Of a stretch of DNA of 62,786 nt, positions 17,986 to 27,694 are shown in pieces. Under the pieces are notes generated by a model, which saw nothing but the letters and a program-made list of their open reading frames with translations, was not told where the DNA came from and did not search any database. Position numbers and translations under genes: made by a program. Every line of letters starts with the position of its first letter. The first letter of the stretch is position 1. Where the stretch lies: positions 1 to 62,786 of IMG/VR virus record IMGVR_UViG_3300025168_000083. One strand, given 5' to 3'. This DNA comes from a virus. Taxonomy: Duplodnaviria; Caudoviricetes.

Positions 17986-19896
17986 ATGGATAACTTCGAG
18001 CAGTTTATTGTAAAGAGTAGGTATTGTAAGTGGATTCCCGAGAGAAATAGGCGAGAAGAGTGGGTTGAGACGGTCAGCAGGTACATGAAGTACATGATGG
18101 CTCGCTTCAACTTGACTGTTAATGATAACGATATCCTAGATATCTGGACTGCTGTAGAAGATAGAGAGGTTTTCCCCTCCATGAGAGCATTGATGACAGC
18201 TGGCCCTGCCGCTGACGTTGATGATGTTTGTCTTTATAACTGTTCTTATGTTGCTGTAAACGAGATCCGATCCTTCAGTGATATCATGTATATCCTCTGT
18301 TGTGGTACTGGTGTGGGGTTCTCATGTGAATCTGAGAACACCGACCAACTCCCCTTAATCCCAGAAGAGATCGTTAGAGACACAGCTCGAACTATTACTG
18401 TGCCTGATTCTCGTGTAGGTTGGGCAGATTCTTTTAAAGAACTACTGACTATGCTCTACGAGGGGACTCATCCAACGTGGGACACATCTAAGATTCGCCC
18501 GGCTGGTGCTAGGCTCAAGACCTTTGGCGGTCGAGCCAGTGGACCCGAGCCATTGGAGCGTCTCTTCAGGTACGTAGTCAAGGCTTTCATGAATGCACAA
18601 GGCAGAAAACTCACCTCGCTTGAGGTTCACGATATTGTGTGCTTGACTGGTGAAATCGTAATTGCTGGTGCTGTTAGGCGATCAGCTTTGATTTCCCTGA
18701 GTGACCTGCATGATCGAGATATGGCTACTGCTAAGTCTGGTCCGTGGTGGGAAGCCTCTGGACACCGCAGTCTTGCTAATAACTCTGCTGTCTACGACAA
18801 GAAGCCATCACTGGCTGAGTTCATGGGCGAATGGTCTACCATGTACGAGTCTCGTAGTGGTGAGCGTGGTATATGTAACCGACAATCCTTATCTTGGCTC
18901 GCTGAACGAAGCGGACGAGATACCGAAGGCATTAGCTTTGGTACTAATCCTTGCAGTGAGATTATTCTACGGCCCAAGCAGTTCTGTAACCTAACAGAAG
19001 TGGTTGTTAAGCCAGAAGATACACTGGAAACCTTGTCAGAAAAGGTCAGGTATGCTACAATACTTGGTACAATCCAATCAGGATGCACTAAGTTTTCTTA
19101 TCTGGATAATGACTGGAAGAATAACTGTGAGGACGAGCGTCTACTTGGCGTATCCTTTACAGGAATATTCGATAACAAGCTTATGTCTGGACAAAGAGGA
19201 TATCCTAAGCTTCGTTATACTCTGATGAAGTTGAAAGAAGTGGCTGAAGAAACCAACCTTATGTGGGCTGACAAGCTGGGGATTACTCCAAGCAAGGCAA
19301 TTACTTGCTGTAAGCCAAGCGGTACTACATCCTGTGTAGCCGGTACATCTTCTGGTATGCACCCAAGGTACAGTGAATTCTATATTCGTAGAGTTAGAGT
19401 AGACACCAAGGATCCTATCTGTCAGTTTATGATGGATCGTGGTATTCCACATGAGCCTTGTTCTACTAGGGCTACTACTACTATGGTGTTTAGCTTCCCA
19501 ATGCAATCCCCCTCGGGTTCGATTACTCAGGGAGAGTTAGATCCTATTGATCACTTAGAACTTTGGCTTGAGTACCAAAAGAATTGGTGTGACCACAAGC
19601 CTTCTATTACCGTATCTTATACTGATGAAAACTTCCTTAAGGTTGGTCAGTGGGTATGGGAAAATTGGGACTACGTAAGCGGAATATCTTTCCTTCCTTA
19701 CAGTGACCATGTGTATGAGCAAGCTCCGTTTGAACCAATGGGTGCAAGGGACTACAACCTCATGCAAATGGATATGCCTAAAGAAATTGACTGGTCTCAG
19801 TTAGAGAAGTATGAAACAGAAGATACAACAATTCAAACCCAGACTTTAGCTTGTACCGGGGGCTCATGCGAGGTCGTAGATTTAGTGGAGTCTTAA
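17986..19896 (+). CDS. nrdJ: Class II (adenosylcobalamin-dependent) ribonucleotide reductase
   Basis: PSMRAL, YNCSY, RRSALISL, TNPCSEI, KPSGT, C-terminal CTGGSC; no beta-subunit gene nearby. Confidence 0.9.
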   Translation: MDNFEQFIVKSRYCKWIPERNRREEWVETVSRYMKYMMARFNLTVNDNDILDIWTAVEDREVFPSMRALMTAGPAADVDDVCLYNCSYVAVNEIRSFSDIMYILCCGTGVGFSCESENTDQLPLIPEEIVRDTARTITVPDSRVGWADSFKELLTMLYEGTHPTWDTSKIRPAGARLKTFGGRASGPEPLERLFRYVVKAFMNAQGRKLTSLEVHDIVCLTGEIVIAGAVRRSALISLSDLHDRDMATAKSGPWWEASGHRSLANNSAVYDKKPSLAEFMGEWSTMYESRSGERGICNRQSLSWLAERSGRDTEGISFGTNPCSEIILRPKQFCNLTEVVVKPEDTLETLSEKVRYATILGTIQSGCTKFSYLDNDWKNNCEDERLLGVSFTGIFDNKLMSGQRGYPKLRYTLMKLKEVAEETNLMWADKLGITPSKAITCCKPSGTTSCVAGTSSGMHPRYSEFYIRRVRVDTKDPICQFMMDRGIPHEPCSTRATTTMVFSFPMQSPSGSITQGELDPIDHLELWLEYQKNWCDHKPSITVSYTDENFLKVGQWVWENWDYVSGISFLPYSDHVYEQAPFEPMGARDYNLMQMDMPKEIDWSQLEKYETEDTTIQTQTLACTGGSCEVVDLVES

Positions 19897-19897
19897 T

Positions 19898-20131
19898 ATG
19901 TCATTACATAATATAGATACAATTTATAGAAAGTTAAGGATGAACGCTAACGTTCTTCCCCCGGAAATCTTAATTCTTATTAGGAATTTAGATACTAGAA
20001 TAGCAAGTCTTGAAGAGAGATCAAACAGTGAACAGTTTACAACTGAAAAACCTAAGCCCAATCGACGAAAATCTAGTAAGGTATCTCAGGGAGAAATACC
20101 CTCCGATGGTTTACCGACAGGAACAGAATAA
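19898..20131 (+). CDS. Hypothetical protein, 77 aa
   Basis: GGAG RBS directly after the reductase gene. Confidence 0.55.
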   Translation: MSLHNIDTIYRKLRMNANVLPPEILILIRNLDTRIASLEERSNSEQFTTEKPKPNRRKSSKVSQGEIPSDGLPTGTE

Positions 20132-20228
20132 TTCTGAGTTCCTGAACGAGTCTATCTTTCGTGCTGGACAGATTGATGTCATAGAAAAGATTGAGGCTAT
20201 ACTTAAAACACAGAAACGAAAGGGGTAA
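20010..20228 (+). CDS. T7 gp6.5-like small protein (start uncertain)
   Basis: YLREKYP...FRAGQIDVIEKI; position before the portal gene. Confidence 0.55.
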   Translation: MKRDQTVNSLQLKNLSPIDENLVRYLREKYPPMVYRQEQNNSEFLNESIFRAGQIDVIEKIEAILKTQKRKG

Positions 20229-20231
20229 GAC

Positions 20232-20768
20232 ATGGGATGGCTCACTGATGCATTTGGAGGGGGCGGTAAAAGAGCCCGGAAGGAAAGAGATTATTACAAA
20301 GCTTATGCAGAGCAGCAGAGGACTTACGCTCATGGTCTTGCTGCCGAAAACAAAGCTCGTATTAAAATGGCTGCGGATCTTACTGTTAAGAGAAATGCTG
20401 AGACAAAACAGTTTAAGCTTGCTGCTTCCGACGCTTTACAGACTGAAAGAAAAAAAAGCAATCAAAGGCTTACTGCTCAAGCCGGTAAGCTTCACACTCA
20501 ATATGGGAATATGGCTAAGAAGGTAGCCAAGTCTCGTAAGGCAGAATCTTTTGCACTTCGTGGTGTAGATAAGCAAAGACTTAAGCTGCAGAAGTTCCAA
20601 ACAATTAAGGACACAGCCGGTAGGCCTAGTGTTTCTGGAGAACGTAAGCAACAAGCCGGAAGTATGTATGGCATGAAGGCTAAGCCTAAGCGTCGAATAG
20701 TTGGTAGTTCAGGTCGTCGTGGGGGCGGTGGTCGTAGGACAGGCGGGTCTAGAACCCGACCTGCGTAG
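20232..20768 (+). CDS. Basic virion-associated protein (gp6.7/7.3 position)
   Basis: MGWLTDAFGGGG start, K/R-rich, GGRR-rich tail. Confidence 0.65.
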   Translation: MGWLTDAFGGGGKRARKERDYYKAYAEQQRTYAHGLAAENKARIKMAADLTVKRNAETKQFKLAASDALQTERKKSNQRLTAQAGKLHTQYGNMAKKVAKSRKAESFALRGVDKQRLKLQKFQTIKDTAGRPSVSGERKQQAGSMYGMKAKPKRRIVGSSGRRGGGGRRTGGSRTRPA

Positions 20769-20778
20769 GAGATTTATT

Positions 20779-21186
20779 ATGAGTTTTGGAGGCGGACCAG
20801 ATATTCAAATGCCCATGGGATCACCAGCTGAACAGGCTGGATATGAGCCAATGACTTTTGAACAACACAATATGCTCCTTGAAAAGGAAGCAGAACTCGC
20901 TAATGCTAGAGACGAATCTCAAAGACAGTTTATGTTAGAGCAAGAAGAAATGAGAATGGCTCAAGAAGAAGCACAGCGTGTTCAAATACAAGCTGAAGAA
21001 GAAGCTCAAATACGTGAGACACAAAAGCAAGAACGGGAGGCAGCCCAAACTCCTGTTACTCAAGATGTAATACAGGAGATTGAAGGCGATGTTGACGATG
21101 TTGTTGCTAATATGTATGAGTCTCTTCTCGGTGGCGTGGAAGCCAGTGGAGAAGACAACCCAAACTCCGAGCCACTCCCTGAATAA
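20779..21186 (+). CDS. Acidic coiled-coil virion-associated protein (start reassigned to 20779)
   Basis: AGGAG RBS; MSFGGG start; E/Q-rich. Confidence 0.7.
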   Translation: MSFGGGPDIQMPMGSPAEQAGYEPMTFEQHNMLLEKEAELANARDESQRQFMLEQEEMRMAQEEAQRVQIQAEEEAQIRETQKQEREAAQTPVTQDVIQEIEGDVDDVVANMYESLLGGVEASGEDNPNSEPLPE

Positions 21187-21197
21187 GGAAAAAGATC

Positions 21198-22793
21198 ATG
21201 GATAATATTGCTGATAGGTTTAAAATACTTGACTCTTTAAGAGAGAGCAAGTTACAGAGAGCAAGATTTTGCTCATCCCTAACAGTACCCTCAATCTTAC
21301 CCCCGCAGAATTGGACTGAACAGGATCAGTTACCCCAACCCTACAGTTCAATTTCTGCACGAGGTGTTACTGCAATGGCAAGCCGCATGTTATCCGCCCT
21401 ACTTCCCCTGAACGACATGCCTTTCTTTAAGTTTGATTTATCTTCAGGTGTCACTGCTGACCCTGAGATAGATGCGTACCTTGAGAATCTTAGCTTCCAA
21501 GTTTATAATAAGATCTCTGGTAATAATATACGAGAATCTATCTATCAGGCTCTTCAACATCTTATTGTTGTTGGGGATGTTATGATGATTATGGATGACG
21601 ACATGTCATTCCGTCTTCTTAGATTAGACAGGTTTGTCTGCCGTAGAGATGTGTACGGTAATCTTGAAGAAGTTATTTATATTGAATACGAAACTCTTCC
21701 TGAAGTCACTAATGATAACATGACTCTACACGTAGGTCAATCTATTGGTGAGCATGATCGTCAAGGCTATAGAGCTATCTATACCTGTGCTTGGAAAGAA
21801 GGAAACATCTGGAAGGTTCTCAAGCAGGACGGAGATAACAACACAATTGAGACTGGTGAATACACCGTTCCTCCATTTGTTGTACTCAGGTGGTCAGGTA
21901 TCCCCGGAGAGAACTATGGTCGGTCACATTGTGAGGATGTGATTGGTGATATTAAAACTCTTGAGGGATTTACTGAGGGACTTATCCAAGGTATCACAGC
22001 TTCTTCTATATTCTGGATTGGAGTTGACCCCACTGGTATGGCTGAGATAGATGACATTGCTCATTCTCCTACTGGTAATTTTGTGTCAGCTAGACCCAAT
22101 GAGATACATACTGTATCCCCGTCGACCACAATGAACCCTCAAATTGCCTCAGTACAGGCTGGTGTAGAGATTCTTAGAGGTGAGATTGGTAGAGCTTTCT
22201 TGCTTGACTCAGCTAGCATCCCTCAGGGTGAGCGTGTCACAGCTACTGCTGTTAGAATGGTGGGCCAAGAGTTGGAGAATGTTCTTGGTGGGGCATTCTC
22301 AGCTATTGCTAGAGATCTTATGAAGCCTATCGTTGCACGTACAGTATTTATCATGACATCAAATGGTGATGTAGATGATCGTATTAGAGAACTCTTCATG
22401 ACTGACGAGGGTGTTCTAAACGTGGCAATCGTTACGGGTCTTCAGGCATTAAGTAGAGACAGCGATCTCCAGAAGCTCATGCAGATGGGAGAGATGGTTA
22501 GGAACTTGCCTGAGCCTGCCGTCGCTACGTTTAGATGGGACGCTTATGGTAAGGCTCTGATTACCTCGCTTGGGTTTGACTCCAGTCATTGGATTAAATC
22601 CGAAGAAGATGTTAAGCAAGAGCAGATGGAGCAGCAACAGCAAATGGCTCAGATGCAAAGCCAACAACAACAGCAAGCTCAGGGGCAACAGATGGTTAAC
22701 AATGTTGCACAGGCTGCGGCTATGCAGGACTTAGAGCAGACTGGTGGACAAGGAATCCAGCAGGCTCTTCAGCAAATGGGAGGATTAGGATAA
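21198..22793 (+). CDS. Portal / head-tail connector (T7 gp8-like)
   Basis: LTVPSILP, GENYGRS, ERVTATAVR...ELENVLGG, TGLQALSR. Confidence 0.95.
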   Translation: MDNIADRFKILDSLRESKLQRARFCSSLTVPSILPPQNWTEQDQLPQPYSSISARGVTAMASRMLSALLPLNDMPFFKFDLSSGVTADPEIDAYLENLSFQVYNKISGNNIRESIYQALQHLIVVGDVMMIMDDDMSFRLLRLDRFVCRRDVYGNLEEVIYIEYETLPEVTNDNMTLHVGQSIGEHDRQGYRAIYTCAWKEGNIWKVLKQDGDNNTIETGEYTVPPFVVLRWSGIPGENYGRSHCEDVIGDIKTLEGFTEGLIQGITASSIFWIGVDPTGMAEIDDIAHSPTGNFVSARPNEIHTVSPSTTMNPQIASVQAGVEILRGEIGRAFLLDSASIPQGERVTATAVRMVGQELENVLGGAFSAIARDLMKPIVARTVFIMTSNGDVDDRIRELFMTDEGVLNVAIVTGLQALSRDSDLQKLMQMGEMVRNLPEPAVATFRWDAYGKALITSLGFDSSHWIKSEEDVKQEQMEQQQQMAQMQSQQQQQAQGQQMVNNVAQAAAMQDLEQTGGQGIQQALQQMGGLG

Positions 22794-23218
22794 TGAGTGT
22801 AGAACAACAAGCCAATGAGTTTGTGTCAAGATCTCAGGGTGTTATTACATCGGTAAGATCCACTAATGCCTCGACTGTACTATCTAGCGTTGGTAATAGT
22901 ATTAGAAGTAACATTATAAAAGATAACTTAAACGGAAAAACTTTACACTTATGTGTAGATGTTACTACGGCATACGCTGCTACCGCAAGCGTTACTGTAG
23001 CATTAGAGGGTTCTTTGGACGAGGTTAATCACGCCGTCCTTGCTACCCCAGAAACAAATTTTTTACCTCAAAACACTGGTCCTAGATTTTATTCTATAGA
23101 CTTAACTAACACAAACGGTATTCCCTTTTTCTCTATACATTTTAATGGAGGTAAGGGAATCACCGCAGGAAATGTTGGAACATCGGGAAAGATGACCTTC
23201 TCGTATTACACAACTTAA
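22793..23218 (+). CDS. Putative beta-sandwich structural protein, paralog 1
   Basis: LEGSLDEVN...DLT..IPFFSIHFN; similar to 23230..23643. Confidence 0.7.
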   Translation: MSVEQQANEFVSRSQGVITSVRSTNASTVLSSVGNSIRSNIIKDNLNGKTLHLCVDVTTAYAATASVTVALEGSLDEVNHAVLATPETNFLPQNTGPRFYSIDLTNTNGIPFFSIHFNGGKGITAGNVGTSGKMTFSYYTT

Positions 23219-23229
23219 GGAGCTAAATA

Positions 23230-23643
23230 ATGGCAGTCGTGCAAATTTCAGATACTGCTTGGACTAGTAGTACAGTCAATAGCCAAACAATATTTACGTC
23301 GGCAACGTCGCAAGCTGTGACTGGAACTAATAGCCTTGTGTCTGGAAATATTACAAGCAACTTAGCTGGTAAGAAAGTTCTTATTTCACACGCAATTGCC
23401 ACTGGTTATGATGATGTAGTAGCTACTTTAACATTAGAGGGTTCTTTCGATGGTACAAACTTTGGAACTTTAGTAACTCTTGATGCTGATACTGAGCCCA
23501 ATTCTGCTGCAACAGAAGTTTATGTGGCTGATTTAACAAGCTACACATCTATTCCTTATTTTAGAATTCATTTTAATGCTAGTGGTCAAAACTTAGGAAC
23601 CACTAGTGCTACTTCTACTTTTAAATACGCTTATACAACCTGA
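23230..23643 (+). CDS. Putative beta-sandwich structural protein, paralog 2
   Basis: LEGSFDGTN...DLT..IPYFRIHFN. Confidence 0.7.
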   Translation: MAVVQISDTAWTSSTVNSQTIFTSATSQAVTGTNSLVSGNITSNLAGKKVLISHAIATGYDDVVATLTLEGSFDGTNFGTLVTLDADTEPNSAATEVYVADLTSYTSIPYFRIHFNASGQNLGTTSATSTFKYAYTT

Positions 23644-23656
23644 TAGGGGGTGATCT

Positions 23657-23920
23657 TTGTTCGATAAATATATTAAAGCTGCGGCTGTTGTGCCAAATGA
23701 TTCTACTGTATTGTCTGGATTTACTGGATCTGGGTGGGACGGCCTTTACATTGGAGTAACAGGCGATGTTACTATGCAGCTGCAAGGAGACAGTGCTGCT
23801 GTACTGTTTAAAAATATGGTTCAAGGAACTATTTATCCAGTCGCACCTCAGATTATTAAGTCTAGTGGCACTGCGGCTACTAATATGGTTATCCTTGAGT
23901 CTGGTGGGACTTATTCCTGA
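23657..23920 (+). CDS. Head-spike base-like small protein (RcGTA Rcc01079-like)
   Basis: AAAVVPND..LYIGVTGDV..GTIYPV..IKSSGTAATNMV pattern. Confidence 0.6.
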   Translation: MFDKYIKAAAVVPNDSTVLSGFTGSGWDGLYIGVTGDVTMQLQGDSAAVLFKNMVQGTIYPVAPQIIKSSGTAATNMVILESGGTYS

Positions 23921-24915
23921 TGCATGATAAGTATACTAAAGCCGCTTCGGTTACTGTAAACGATAGCAATGATCTATCGGCAGTAGCCGATGCTTTGTAT
24001 ATAGGAGCAGGTGACTATACTGATGCCCAAGATCTCGCCGCATTAGCTGGAGATGCTGGTAACCCAGAATTTTTAGTACATGCTGGAGCTTCGTTTACAG
24101 TATCGAGTAGAGGGTCTACTACTACCTACTTAAATAATATTGGTTCTGCGGGAAGCTCAAGTTTACCAGATTCTACTGACCCTTCCTTTGTCGCCGTGCT
24201 CGCTAATGCTCCAACCATCGATACGGATGATGCTACTTTAAACTATAAGGAAATGGTATCGTTTAACGGTGGTAATTATTTAAAGTTTGAGGATGATCCT
24301 GATATGGATTTTGGTACTGGAGATTTTACAATAATCTTCTTAGCTAGGTTTGTAGGAACTCAAAGCAATAATAAAGAAACATTATTGGCTAGGGATGATG
24401 ATGACTCTATATGGAGTATTTACAAAGATACAGACAATGTAATTAAGGTTGCTCATGCAGGGGACGACCCGACATCTGGAGTAACTGTTACAAACGACAG
24501 GTGGTACACAGTTGAGTGGTCTCGTTCTTCCGGCACTGAAACTATTTATATTGACGGTGTTAACCAAGGTAGCTCGGCCTCAAACTCAGAAAACTATTCT
24601 TCTGTTCCAGCTGTAAGAATGTATTTAGGTGCTAGAAATGATAGCGGAATAGGAGAGTTCTTTGCAGGTAAGATAGCTTGGTTTGCTATGTGGAACGGAT
24701 CAACCCTGTCCGCAGCCGACCGAGTAGCGGTAAATAATTATCTTAACGATAGATACCTTAAGACACCTCAAGTAGATGTAGCCTACATATCATCTGACAA
24801 TGCGTCCAGTGTGACTAGTAAGAGATTGGAGAGGGGAACTGTACACCCCTTATCTGTTAAGCGTGTTATGAATACAGGAACGGATGGATCAAGTATCATA
24901 GCTTTATATAAGTAG
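23920..24915 (+). CDS. Spike-base-like protein with an inserted LamG/concanavalin-like domain
   Basis: N- and C-termini match the upstream protein; the middle has FGTGDFTI, WYTVEWSR, IYIDG, YLGAR, FAGKIA. Confidence 0.65.
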   Translation: MHDKYTKAASVTVNDSNDLSAVADALYIGAGDYTDAQDLAALAGDAGNPEFLVHAGASFTVSSRGSTTTYLNNIGSAGSSSLPDSTDPSFVAVLANAPTIDTDDATLNYKEMVSFNGGNYLKFEDDPDMDFGTGDFTIIFLARFVGTQSNNKETLLARDDDDSIWSIYKDTDNVIKVAHAGDDPTSGVTVTNDRWYTVEWSRSSGTETIYIDGVNQGSSASNSENYSSVPAVRMYLGARNDSGIGEFFAGKIAWFAMWNGSTLSAADRVAVNNYLNDRYLKTPQVDVAYISSDNASSVTSKRLERGTVHPLSVKRVMNTGTDGSSIIALYK

Positions 24916-24917
24916 GA

Positions 24918-25133
24918 GTGGGGGTTATGGATTCAAATGGATGGGACCAATACAAGAAGCTTGTAATTCATGAGCTTGAGCGTAACAATAATAGACTTGA
25001 AAAACTTGACCAAAGACTAGCCAGTATCGATCACAAGATAGCTGTACTACATACGAAGATGTATGTGGCTGCCTTTGCGGCAAGTTGTATTTTAACTGCG
25101 GGATTGAATTTCATTTTCGCAGCACTTAGTTAA
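24918..25133 (+). CDS. Coiled-coil protein with a C-terminal TM helix (possible holin-like lysis protein)
   Basis: NGWDQYKKLVIHELER coiled coil followed by a hydrophobic C-terminus. Confidence 0.6.
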   Translation: MGVMDSNGWDQYKKLVIHELERNNNRLEKLDQRLASIDHKIAVLHTKMYVAAFAASCILTAGLNFIFAALS

Positions 25134-25173
25134 TCAGACTCTCGACGGGGGAATAATCTGATAGGAGATTTTA

Positions 25174-26133
25174 ATGACTGAACAGAACAACGAGTATGTG
25201 ACTCCTCATTCCGAGGATACGCCTGATGTATTACAGGAACAAATTACGGAACAGGAACAATCACTAGTAAGCAGCCCTGATGAAATAGCTCAACTGAAGG
25301 AGAGGCAAGCATTTGAAACATATGTGCAATCTAATGGTCAAGGTATTCCAGAAAACTTTCAGGATGCAGGAGCTTGGTTTGACAGCCTTAAGGAGGCCCA
25401 GAAGCAGTATACGCAGTCTAGGCAAGAGGTTGCAGACCTTAAAGCAACGTATGCTGAAAATGGATCGCAAAATCCTAACTACCAAGAACAGCCTGAAGCA
25501 TTATCAAACGCAGCCCCCGAACCAGAAGCTCCTATCACTGATGAGCTACGAATCCCGAACGACCCGCCAAAGACTCAGGAAGAAACTCCCTCTGTCAAGG
25601 GCGTCCCTGAAGAAGAATATGTAAGGTGGGGTACTGAGCTAGCCACCACTGGAAGCCTGTCAACTGAAACCAGAGAGACTATTAAGTCTATGACCGGTTT
25701 TACTGAAGGCATGATTAATGATTATGAAATGGCTCAACATGCAAGACTTAAGAATCGATTCGATGAAGCCTCACAGGTTGTGGGTGGCCGAGAAAACATG
25801 GACAAGATGTTCAAGTGGGCTACGTCTAACCTGAATCAGGCTGAACGCGATGCAATAAATACTGGATTGTCGTCTGCTCAGTACGACATTACTCTAAGAG
25901 GATTGGCTGCAAAGTATAACGAGGCTGTCACGGCTCCAAAGGCCAAGGAACCGACAACGACTCCTCGTAATATCGCCAGCGTCCCAGCTAGCCAGACCGG
26001 CTACATTGGGTACAAGACTCAAAGAGAATTCAAGGCTGACAGAAACAATCCAAAATATAAGCTGGAAAATAATTTCCGTAACGCGGTTGAAGAGCGTATG
26101 GCTCGAACCGACTGGAGTACACTCCCAGCTTGA
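25174..26133 (+). CDS. Capsid assembly scaffolding protein (T7 gp9-like)
   Basis: Acidic; VGGRENMDKMFKWA; position before the capsid gene. Confidence 0.85.
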   Translation: MTEQNNEYVTPHSEDTPDVLQEQITEQEQSLVSSPDEIAQLKERQAFETYVQSNGQGIPENFQDAGAWFDSLKEAQKQYTQSRQEVADLKATYAENGSQNPNYQEQPEALSNAAPEPEAPITDELRIPNDPPKTQEETPSVKGVPEEEYVRWGTELATTGSLSTETRETIKSMTGFTEGMINDYEMAQHARLKNRFDEASQVVGGRENMDKMFKWATSNLNQAERDAINTGLSSAQYDITLRGLAAKYNEAVTAPKAKEPTTTPRNIASVPASQTGYIGYKTQREFKADRNNPKYKLENNFRNAVEERMARTDWSTLPA

Positions 26134-26326
26134 CTTGAAGGGGAAAACGGACCCCCAACTTGGAACTGTGCGAACAGGTTGTAATCCCTCCCGGTGAATT
26201 CTGGGACAATGGATGCACCAACCCGATACAAATCCGCCTCAGAGAAGGACTCCTTTGGAATAATCCTAGCTGTTGAATCATAATCCGTGACAATAGTTTT
26301 ATTTTATTTCAACAAAGGAGACTTAA

Positions 26327-27604
26327 ATGTCTGACTTAACACAAAATCAATTATCATATCGCGAAAATATTGGAGCAGCCACCTCTGGTGCTGTATTCAG
26401 TGACGGCGTAACTGCCGGTAAGCTTTGGCTTCCGATTTGGTCGGGAGAAGTTATTAATGCGTACGATGAATACAATATGTTTGAAAAGATGGTCACTTCC
26501 CGAGTCATTCCTAGCGGAACGACAATGGAATTCCCTATCACTGGTACTGTTAGCTTAGAGCCTAGCTGGGATGCTGGTCAAGAACTGATCGGTGGAGACG
26601 ATTCTAAGACCTCGACGTTCGCAGTCACCTTGGACAAGCGTCCAATGGCTTCACACTTCGAGCTTGATAACGTCGACCTTATGCTGACCCAGTGGGAGTA
26701 TCGTAACGAACTGGCAAGACAGACTGCCTTGACTTTGGCTAACACCAGAGATAAGCAGATCTATTCTTATCTTGCCCGTGCTGCTATGACAAGCCAGATT
26801 ACTAATGACCCTCGTCCAAGTTTAAACTTGGATGACGCAATTTATGGTAATGCAGAAGATGCCAGTACTAAGCTCCATAGTTGGGGTTGTTCAGGAGCTG
26901 CTGCTGCTGACCGCGCAACTGGTGCTCTCTCAGCTCTTGAAGCTATTGAGAAGTATATTGTCTTCCTTCAGGAAAACAGTATCCCTTACAGCCAGTTGTT
27001 CCTTGCTGTAAGTCCTCAGTGCTTCATGGACATCCGTTCACTGGGTGTTGCTAGACTGAGCACCGATCTCAACGACGGTGGTCGCCAGATCTACTTTGGT
27101 GGTCAGACAGACGGTGGCTTTAGTACTGGTTTGGGTAATCACCTGACCGATGCTTATGGTCAGATGCATGACTCGCTTGAGTACATGGGTTGCACCATCA
27201 TCAAGACGAACCACGGTTCGGATCAGCTTCGTAATAAGTTCGGAGCAACTGGTGCTAGCTCGCTCGGAGAAACCAAGTACAACATGGATTTCCGTCAGGA
27301 AAACGGTAACACAGATTCCTCTACGGAACTCTGGGGCATCCGTGCTGTCATGTTTACCCCTGATGCAGTTGCCTCCCTTAGACTTCAGGGTCTTAAGGTT
27401 GACACTGTAGATGACGTTCGTCGAAATACGACTTTCACAGTCGCTTCGATGATGCAGGGTACTGGCGTTCTTCGTCCAGAATGTGCTGCAATCATCACAA
27501 CCAACACTCCAACTGCTGCTGCTTGGAATACTCGTGCTGAACACGCAGCTGCCGCTCGTCTTGACGAGTCTGGTATGTCTGATGGCTACGCTCAGCAGGC
27601 CTGA
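26327..27604 (+). CDS. Major capsid protein (T7 gp10-like)
   Basis: LWLPIWSGEV, SGTTMEFPITG, LANTRDKQI, GTGVLRPECA. Confidence 0.95.
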   Translation: MSDLTQNQLSYRENIGAATSGAVFSDGVTAGKLWLPIWSGEVINAYDEYNMFEKMVTSRVIPSGTTMEFPITGTVSLEPSWDAGQELIGGDDSKTSTFAVTLDKRPMASHFELDNVDLMLTQWEYRNELARQTALTLANTRDKQIYSYLARAAMTSQITNDPRPSLNLDDAIYGNAEDASTKLHSWGCSGAAAADRATGALSALEAIEKYIVFLQENSIPYSQLFLAVSPQCFMDIRSLGVARLSTDLNDGGRQIYFGGQTDGGFSTGLGNHLTDAYGQMHDSLEYMGCTIIKTNHGSDQLRNKFGATGASSLGETKYNMDFRQENGNTDSSTELWGIRAVMFTPDAVASLRLQGLKVDTVDDVRRNTTFTVASMMQGTGVLRPECAAIITTNTPTAAAWNTRAEHAAAARLDESGMSDGYAQQA

Positions 27605-27641
27605 TTGAGCTAGTGTAACATTAGTTACGCTATTTGACACA

Positions 27642-27680
27642 TCCCCCGCTGCCCCACGTTGGGTGGCGGGGGACTTTTTT
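27642..27680 (+). terminator. Intrinsic terminator after the capsid gene (T-phi position)
   Basis: TCCCCCGCTGCCC-CACGTT-GGGTGGCGGGGGA followed by CTTTTTT. Confidence 0.9.
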
Positions 27681-27694
27681 ACAAGGAGATTCTC

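Noticed and set aside
25131-25151. TAATCAGACTCTCGACGGGGG as a T7-type promoter
   Set aside because: Only superficially similar to TAATACGACTCACTATAGGG, no second copy found by eye, and better explained as part of an RNA hairpin. No repeated phage-RNAP promoter consensus could be identified.
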